NCBI GenBank assembly: GCA_022844165.1
Contig: JALHMH010000002.1
Location: 64,001 to 128,000, forward strand
Direction: 5' to 3'
Source of the DNA: Lysobacterales bacterium
GTDB taxonomy: Bacteria; Pseudomonadota; Gammaproteobacteria; Xanthomonadales; SZUA-5
Length of the DNA stretch: 64,000 nucleotides
Position numbers and translations under genes: made by a program. The notes beneath the pieces are model-generated. The model made no database searches. It saw only the letters and a list, made by a program, of their open reading frames with translations, and was not told where the DNA came from. Within the stretch, counting starts at the first letter, position 1. Every line of letters starts with the position of its first letter. Below, piece after piece: positions 58,344 through 64,000 of this stretch.

Positions 58344-60367
58344 GGACGTGGTCCCTTGCCTTTGCCGCGGTTGTGCTCGGTGCTGCCGCCTGTGGAGTCG
58401 GGTTTCATTTTCAGCGGCCGACCAGCGACCCAGGTCTTCTTCAGATGCTGAAGAATTTCCTTGGGCATACCTTCGGGTAGTTCGATGGTGCTGGTCTCCT
58501 CGCCGATTTCGATGCGCCCGATAAACTTGGAATCGAGGCCAGCTTCATTAGCAACAGCGCCGACCAAATTGCCAGGTTTCATGCCATGGCGATGACCCAC
58601 ATCGACGATGTAGCGCTCGAATACAACGTCCGCCGGCGGGGCTTTGTCGCGCGGCGCACGCGTTTTTGCCGGCGGCGCATCGCCGCGAAGGCGATCGCTG
58701 ATTGGGCGCTCCGCGCGAGGCTCACGCTCGTGGCGGCGCGTCGTTTCGCGCGGCGGCGTCGACACTGTATCAGCTTTGCGTTCGCCGCCTTCGGGTCTGG
58801 CGGCAGATCGCTCGAATGGACTGGATGCCGGCCGTTCGCTGCGCTCGCGCGTTCGTTCGGTCTTGCGTTCGGCGCTTTCGGGCCTTGCGGCAGATCGCTC
58901 AAAAGAACTGGATGTCGGCCGCTCGCTGCGCTCGCGCGTTGGCCGCGCTCGCTCGCCGGAGTCGGCGCGAGGGCCGCGTGTGCGCTCGGCGTCTTCGGAT
59001 CGCGCGCGCGGCGCTCTCTCTCGCGATTCCGACGACGGCGCCGGCGTGTCCTGACCCGATAACAGCAGCGGTTTTTCGCCCTGCAGCATGCGCGCAATCG
59101 CTGCGGCGACATCCAGTTCGGGCACTTCGCGCTGATGCGAAAAGTCGCTGATCAGTTGTCGGTAGAGATCGAGATCGCCGGCTTGCAGCCCCTTTTCGAT
59201 ACGCTCATAGAACTTGGCGACACGGCGATTGTTGACCGCCTGCACCGTCGGTACCAACATCGGTTCGATCGGTTGCCGGGTGGCGCGTTCGATGGTGCGC
59301 AGCAGATGCCGCTCGCGCGGCGTGACGAACAGGATCGCCTCACCACTGCGCCCGGCACGGCCGGTGCGCCCGATGCGGTGAATGTAGGCTTCGCTGTCGT
59401 ACGGGATGTCGTAATTGATCACGTGCGTGATGCGTTCGACATCGAGGCCGCGCGCGGCGACATCGGTGGCGACAAGAATATCCAGTTGTCCATCGCGCAG
59501 GCGCTGGATGGTCTTTTCGCGCTGCACCTGCTGCAGATCGCCGTTGATGGCCGCGGCGGCAAAACCGCGTGCATTCAGACGTTCGGACAACTCTTCGGTG
59601 CCGATTTTGGTGCGCGCAAAAATGATCATCGCCTCGAAAGCCTCGCCTTCGAGGATGCGCGTCAGCGCGTCGAGTTTGTTCAGCCCACTGACTTGCCAAT
59701 AGCGCTGGCGTATCTGGCTCGCGGTGGTGGTGGCCGAGCGAATCGTCACCTCCACCGGATCCTTCAGATGGTTCTGCGCGATGCGTTTGATCGGCGGCGG
59801 CATGGTTGCCGAAAACAGCGCCACCTGTCGTCCCGCGGGCGTGGCACCGAGAATCGTCTCGACATCGTCGATAAAACCCATGCGCAGCATTTCGTCCGCT
59901 TCGTCGAGCACCGCAACCTTGAGTTGCGAGAGATCCAGTGTTCCGCGGCTCAAATGGTCCTTGATTCGACCCGGCGTACCGACGACCACATGCGCGCCGC
60001 GGCGCAGGCCGTGCAACTGGCCGCCATACGCTTGCCCGCCATAAATCGGCAGGACGTGAAAATCGGGCAGATGTTGCGCGTAACGCTGAAACGCCTCCGC
60101 CACCTGGATCGCCAGCTCGCGCGTCGGCGCGAGCACCAGCGCCTGCGTCACGGCGCGCGACAGGTCGATCCGCGCCAGAATCGGCAGCGCAAAAGCGGCG
60201 GTCTTGCCGGTGCCGGTCTGCGCCTGTCCCAGCAGGTCCTTGCCAGCCAACAGCGGCGGAATTGTCTCCGCTTGAATCGGCGAGGGTGATTCGTAACCGA
60301 CGCTGGCGATCGCCGCCATCAGCCGCTCGGGCAAACCCAGGTCGGAGAATTGGATCGAGCTGCTCAT
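58340..60367 (-). CDS. deaD: DEAD-box RNA helicase DeaD/CsdA
   Basis: AQTGTGKT, PTRELA, DEAD, SAT, ARGLD, HRIGRTGRAG, C-terminal DbpA-type RNA-binding domain. Confidence 0.95.
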   Translation of the reverse strand: MSSSIQFSDLGLPERLMAAIASVGYESPSPIQAETIPPLLAGKDLLGQAQTGTGKTAAFALPILARIDLSRAVTQALVLAPTRELAIQVAEAFQRYAQHLPDFHVLPIYGGQAYGGQLHGLRRGAHVVVGTPGRIKDHLSRGTLDLSQLKVAVLDEADEMLRMGFIDDVETILGATPAGRQVALFSATMPPPIKRIAQNHLKDPVEVTIRSATTTASQIRQRYWQVSGLNKLDALTRILEGEAFEAMIIFARTKIGTEELSERLNARGFAAAAINGDLQQVQREKTIQRLRDGQLDILVATDVAARGLDVERITHVINYDIPYDSEAYIHRIGRTGRAGRSGEAILFVTPRERHLLRTIERATRQPIEPMLVPTVQAVNNRRVAKFYERIEKGLQAGDLDLYRQLISDFSHQREVPELDVAAAIARMLQGEKPLLLSGQDTPAPSSESRERAPRARSEDAERTRGPRADSGERARPTRERSERPTSSSFERSAARPESAERKTERTRERSERPASSPFERSAARPEGGERKADTVSTPPRETTRRHEREPRAERPISDRLRGDAPPAKTRAPRDKAPPADVVFERYIVDVGHRHGMKPGNLVGAVANEAGLDSKFIGRIEIGEETSTIELPEGMPKEILQHLKKTWVAGRPLKMKPDSTGGSTEHNRGKGKGPRP
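58776..58940. repeat. 87-bp-period in-frame tandem duplication in the deaD linker
   Basis: TRERSERPxSSxFERSAARPExxERK twice. Confidence 0.85.
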
Positions 60368-60497
60368 GGTGCTGCCTGGGTTTTGAACGGGCGCGGATTC
60401 TACGCCTCAACGGATGAACCGGTGGCGTGACCAGTGGCCCACGCAATCGGAGTGGGCAAACGCCTATCGTGCGGCCACCGCGAACCGGAGTCGTCTC

Positions 60498-61613
60498 ATG
60501 CACACCACCCGCCGCAACCTCCTCAAACTGAGTGCTCTCGGCGCTGCGGCGACGGCCGCCCCGTCGCTATTGTATGCGTCCGTCGCGCGCGCGGAGAAGC
60601 CGCTCAATATCCTGATTCTCGGCGGCACCGGATTTACCGGTCCCCATCAGGTTCGATACGCGTTAGCGCGCGGGCACAAGCTGACGCTGTTCAACCGTGG
60701 GCGAAAAGAGGTCGAATGGCCGGGCGAGGTTGAGGAACTGACCGGCGATCGCAATACCGGTGCGCTGGATGCGCTGAAAGATCGTCAGTGGGACGTGTGC
60801 ATCGACAATCCGACCAGCGTGCCGTTCTGGGTCCGTGATGTCGGCCAGATCCTGGCCGGCAACGTCGATCAATACGTCTTTATCTCCACGATTTCGGTGT
60901 TTAGCGATAACGCGACGCCAAACATGGCCGAAGATGGCCCTCTGGCCGTATACGAAGGCAAGGACGCGCTCAAGGAAACGCGCGATTCGTTGATGGCGAA
61001 CATGGCACTGTACGGGCCGCTGAAGGCCGCCTGCGAGGCGGAAGCGGCGAAACAATTTGGCGACAAGACGACGATCATCCGCCCCGGTTTGATCGTGGGT
61101 CCGGGCGACGAGACCGACCGCTTCAGCTACTGGCCGGTACGTATTGCGCAGGGCGGCGATGTGTTGGCGCCACCGGGCGACGACCCCATGCAGTTCATCG
61201 ACGCGCGCGATCTGGCCGAATGGACGATCCGGATGGTCGAGGCGAGGGCCTACGGCGTCTACAACGCCACCGGCCCGGATTTCGAGATGTCGACGGCCGC
61301 AATGCTCTACGGTTGTCGCGCAGTCACGACCAGCGGCGCACGCCTGCGTTTTGCCAGCGCGGAGTTCCTGGCAGAAAACAACGTGGCGCCTTGGGCGGAG
61401 ATGCCGGTGTGGGTGCCGGGTAGCGGCGAAACGGCAGGTTTCGCGCGCGTCAATTGCCAAAAAGCGATCAAGGCCGGCCTGACGTTCCGTTCGCTGGCGA
61501 CCACCGCTGGCGATACCCTGGCCTGGTGGAACAGCCAGCCGGCGGAACGTCGCGTGCTGCGCGCTGGGTTAAAACCAGATCGCGAGCAGGCTCTGTTGAA
61601 GTTGCTGAAGTAG
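60498..61613 (+). CDS. Tat-signal NAD-dependent epimerase/dehydratase
   Basis: TRRNLL twin-Arg; ILGGTGFTG; YGPLK. Confidence 0.88.
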   Translation: MHTTRRNLLKLSALGAAATAAPSLLYASVARAEKPLNILILGGTGFTGPHQVRYALARGHKLTLFNRGRKEVEWPGEVEELTGDRNTGALDALKDRQWDVCIDNPTSVPFWVRDVGQILAGNVDQYVFISTISVFSDNATPNMAEDGPLAVYEGKDALKETRDSLMANMALYGPLKAACEAEAAKQFGDKTTIIRPGLIVGPGDETDRFSYWPVRIAQGGDVLAPPGDDPMQFIDARDLAEWTIRMVEARAYGVYNATGPDFEMSTAAMLYGCRAVTTSGARLRFASAEFLAENNVAPWAEMPVWVPGSGETAGFARVNCQKAIKAGLTFRSLATTAGDTLAWWNSQPAERRVLRAGLKPDREQALLKLLK

Positions 61614-61720
61614 GACGGTTGTCGCGAGTTACACATTTCGCACATCAGGTCGCACAGCCTGGAATCGAGCACCGATTCCGAGGCTGGCGACGCGCTCCTG
61701 TCTGATCGTTTGGCGCTCGA

Positions 61721-62893
61721 TCAAGGCCGATAGTCGAGCGCCAACCAGAATTTGTCGACATCCGTGGCAAAGCGATCGGCGCGATATTGCGCCAGCTTTC
61801 CTGTCAGCGTCCATTGCGTGCCGATCGGGCGCACGTACTGGATGCCGAGTTCATCGCCGTAATCGATGTCGCCGCGATCGGAACGGAATTCGTGCCACCG
61901 TGCGCTAAGCGTGCCGCCGCCGACTTTCCCGGAGACTTCGATCATGGTGTCGCGCAGCCCGTCGCGGGGCGTCGTCAGGAATCGGTCGGCCCAACCGTTG
62001 AAGGCATGCAAAGTCGCCAGCGGCGTCTGAAAGCCATAGCGCCCATCGCCGCCGAGGCGCTCGAAGAGCACACGCACGGCAACCGCGCCCTCGTTGAAGT
62101 TGAGCGTGTTGTCGATCGCGAAGTAACCCGCGTCGATGTCGGTGCTGCCGCCCTGGTAGTCCGTTTGTTGCGCGCCTTCGACGACGTACAGCCAGCGCCA
62201 CTTGTCGTGGCTCAGCGCCGTTCCGCTCAGGCGCAAACCCAGGTTCCGATGACTGCTGAGCGGCACGTCTTCATTTTCGATCGCATAAAGGTACGCGACC
62301 GCCTGATGCCCGCCATAAACATAGGCGAGGTTCAGCAGATACGTATCCAGTGCCTGCTGCCGCAATAGCGGGTTGGGATTGTAGTTGCCGAAAAAGCGAT
62401 GCACTTCGTCCAGGTAAGCGGCACGTAACGTCAGCGCGCCAAAACTGTGCTGCACCGTGAGCGCGTCGTAGGTCTGTTCGTTCTGGCGGAACGCAACGCT
62501 GCCGATGAAGCGCTGGTTGTCGTAATTCAGGCGCTGGCGGCCGACGATCCACTGCGATGGCGTGGCGAATCCATAGGCGACATAGGCCTGATTGATTTCC
62601 TCACCTGCCGGATCGGCGATGACTGGGCGGGTCCGTTCGCTGTTGATCGTGCTGTTGTAGCTGTTTCGATCCGCCGCCGCAATCAAGTCCGCTTCGGCAA
62701 ATGCCGAGAACCCGCGCCAGGATTCGCTACGCAAGCCCAGTCTTGCGCGCAGTGTCAACGCGTCGCTATCGCGCGGAAAAGCGTCGTCCGAAACGCTCTC
62801 GAAACGCGCGCGATAGTCCTGCACGAACTGCCACGCACCAGCCTCCTGCGCGACCAGTACACAGGCCACCCCAAGTGAATAGAGATATTTCAT
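61721..62893 (-). CDS. Alginate-export-family outer-membrane beta-barrel
   Basis: GRQRLNYDNQRFIG..FRQNEQTYDA, FQTPLATLHAFNGWAD. Confidence 0.85.
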   Translation of the reverse strand: MKYLYSLGVACVLVAQEAGAWQFVQDYRARFESVSDDAFPRDSDALTLRARLGLRSESWRGFSAFAEADLIAAADRNSYNSTINSERTRPVIADPAGEEINQAYVAYGFATPSQWIVGRQRLNYDNQRFIGSVAFRQNEQTYDALTVQHSFGALTLRAAYLDEVHRFFGNYNPNPLLRQQALDTYLLNLAYVYGGHQAVAYLYAIENEDVPLSSHRNLGLRLSGTALSHDKWRWLYVVEGAQQTDYQGGSTDIDAGYFAIDNTLNFNEGAVAVRVLFERLGGDGRYGFQTPLATLHAFNGWADRFLTTPRDGLRDTMIEVSGKVGGGTLSARWHEFRSDRGDIDYGDELGIQYVRPIGTQWTLTGKLAQYRADRFATDVDKFWLALDYRP

Positions 62894-62903
62894 CGCGTTT
62901 ACC

Positions 62904-63356
62904 TTAGTCGAGATTTTCGATCACTACGATGACGTTGGCACGGAAGTTCTTCCAAACCACCGGCAAGGCGTAGGACTTGATGCCCTTTGGCAAGTGCAGG
63001 GCGTCCTGGCCGTAGATCAGTGTGGGCACGGAAATCATGAAATCGTTGCCGAAGTGGTTGCGCGCATTCCCGGAAATCGTATTGGCGACATCACCCACTT
63101 GATCGAGCATGTTTTCGCGCGTCATGTTCTGCTCGCCGACCTCTTTCATCAGCAGCATCAGGAGGGCGCGATCTGCGGTGAAATACACGGTGCCGCGGTG
63201 TCGCCCCGTGATACCGATCGCACCGGTGAACTCGCCGGCCACGGAGCGCGCATCGTCGATCAGATACGGCGAACCGACTTCCGCTTTGCTGCCCGTGGTT
63301 TCGAAGAAATAGCTCGTCGCACCGTCCAAGAAAACTTTGATCTGGCTTGCGTCCAT
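62904..63356 (-). CDS. cheX: CheX family phosphatase
   Basis: FTGAIGITG, DQVGDVANTISGN, FMISVPT. Confidence 0.88.
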   Translation of the reverse strand: MDASQIKVFLDGATSYFFETTGSKAEVGSPYLIDDARSVAGEFTGAIGITGRHRGTVYFTADRALLMLLMKEVGEQNMTRENMLDQVGDVANTISGNARNHFGNDFMISVPTLIYGQDALHLPKGIKSYALPVVWKNFRANVIVVIENLD

Positions 63357-63365
63357 GTCGATCCT

Positions 63366-63770
63366 TTACTTCAACAACTCGGAGAGAGCGCGGTTCAACG
63401 AAGCGTCGTTGAACGGTTTGCCGAGGAAGCCGTGCGCGCCGGCGTGCAAGGCCTGCAGCACCATGCTCTGATCGTTCATGGCGCTGACCACCAGGATCAG
63501 CAGATCGGGATTGATCTTGAGGATTTGTTTTACGCACTCGATGCCGTCCATCTCTGGCATGGTGATGTCCATGGTCACGACATCGAGCTTCAGCTGACGC
63601 GCCATGGCGAGCGCCTGAACGCCGTTGGCTGCCGAGCCGACGACTTCAATCTGGGCATGGTGCTGGCCACGTTCGATGCGCCCTCGAATGATGTTGGAGT
63701 CATCGACTATCAGCATCCGATAGACTTTGGGGGCCGCGATTGGCTTACTCTCGCGTGAGAAAAAACTCAT
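63366..63770 (-). CDS. Single-domain response regulator (CheY-like)
   Basis: LIVDDS, MDITMPEMDG, FLGKPF. Confidence 0.9.
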   Translation of the reverse strand: MSFFSRESKPIAAPKVYRMLIVDDSNIIRGRIERGQHHAQIEVVGSAANGVQALAMARQLKLDVVTMDITMPEMDGIECVKQILKINPDLLILVVSAMNDQSMVLQALHAGAHGFLGKPFNDASLNRALSELLK

Positions 63771-64000
63771 GCCGAAACGCCCGATGTCTGCGGAATGGTG
63801 AGCGTGAATCGCGATCCTTGACCGGGTTTGGAGCCAACGGCGACGCGACCGCCGACCCGAGCGATCGACTGCTCCACCACATCCAGTCCTACGCCGCGAC
63901 CGCCGTCCTCCGTCACGTCGTCTTTGGTCGAAAAGCCGGACGAGAACAGCAGTCGGACGAGATCTTTCGGCATCATCGCCTGTGCTTGTTGGCGACTCGC
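63767..64000 (-). CDS. C-terminus of a CheA-like HATPase kinase (5' part outside the window)
   Basis: LFSSGFST...GGRGVGLDVV...GSRFTLTIP. Confidence 0.85.
   Translation of the reverse strand, partial: ASRQQAQAMMPKDLVRLLFSSGFSTKDDVTEDGGRGVGLDVVEQSIARVGGRVAVGSKPGQGSRFTLTIPQTSGVSA

Overview
GC-rich Gram-negative genomic window. The gene style (ECF sigma/Ser-Thr kinase pair, 'FADGFE'-tailed secreted protein, CopL) suggests Xanthomonadales/Lysobacterales, but this is inference. There are four blocks. (1) 1-6.7 kb: end of a prophage-like/integrative element with an AlpA-type HTH, DUF2924, a large serine recombinase, an XRE-ImmA/IrrE pair with palindromic operators and two divergent hypothetical genes. 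(2) 6.8-40 kb: heavy-metal island with czcCBA-PII-cadA, a multicopper oxidase/DUF411/AhpD-like operon, cusCBA, a MerR-copA operon and a copL-tolC-MCO-cytochrome c operon. It has no two-component regulator. Five transcription units instead start with small Cys-rich leader ORFs, and three FNR-type boxes are present. It also carries three paralogous lipoproteins with invariant His/Met/Cys/His and two paralogous 2-TM His-containing peptides. (3) 40-52 kb: decaying accessory region with GST, a PDZ-hydrolase-FG-GAP fusion, a DUF1016 relic, a frameshifted DUF2075 nuclease-helicase, vapBC between ~95-bp direct repeats, an orphan attC-like site and blaI with a truncated M56 gene. (4) 52-64 kb: kinase/ECF/secreted beta-helix protein, deaD, Tat epimerase, porin and cheX-cheY-'cheA'. 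No rRNA, tRNA or CRISPR array was seen. All family calls come from motif recognition by eye; no searches were run.
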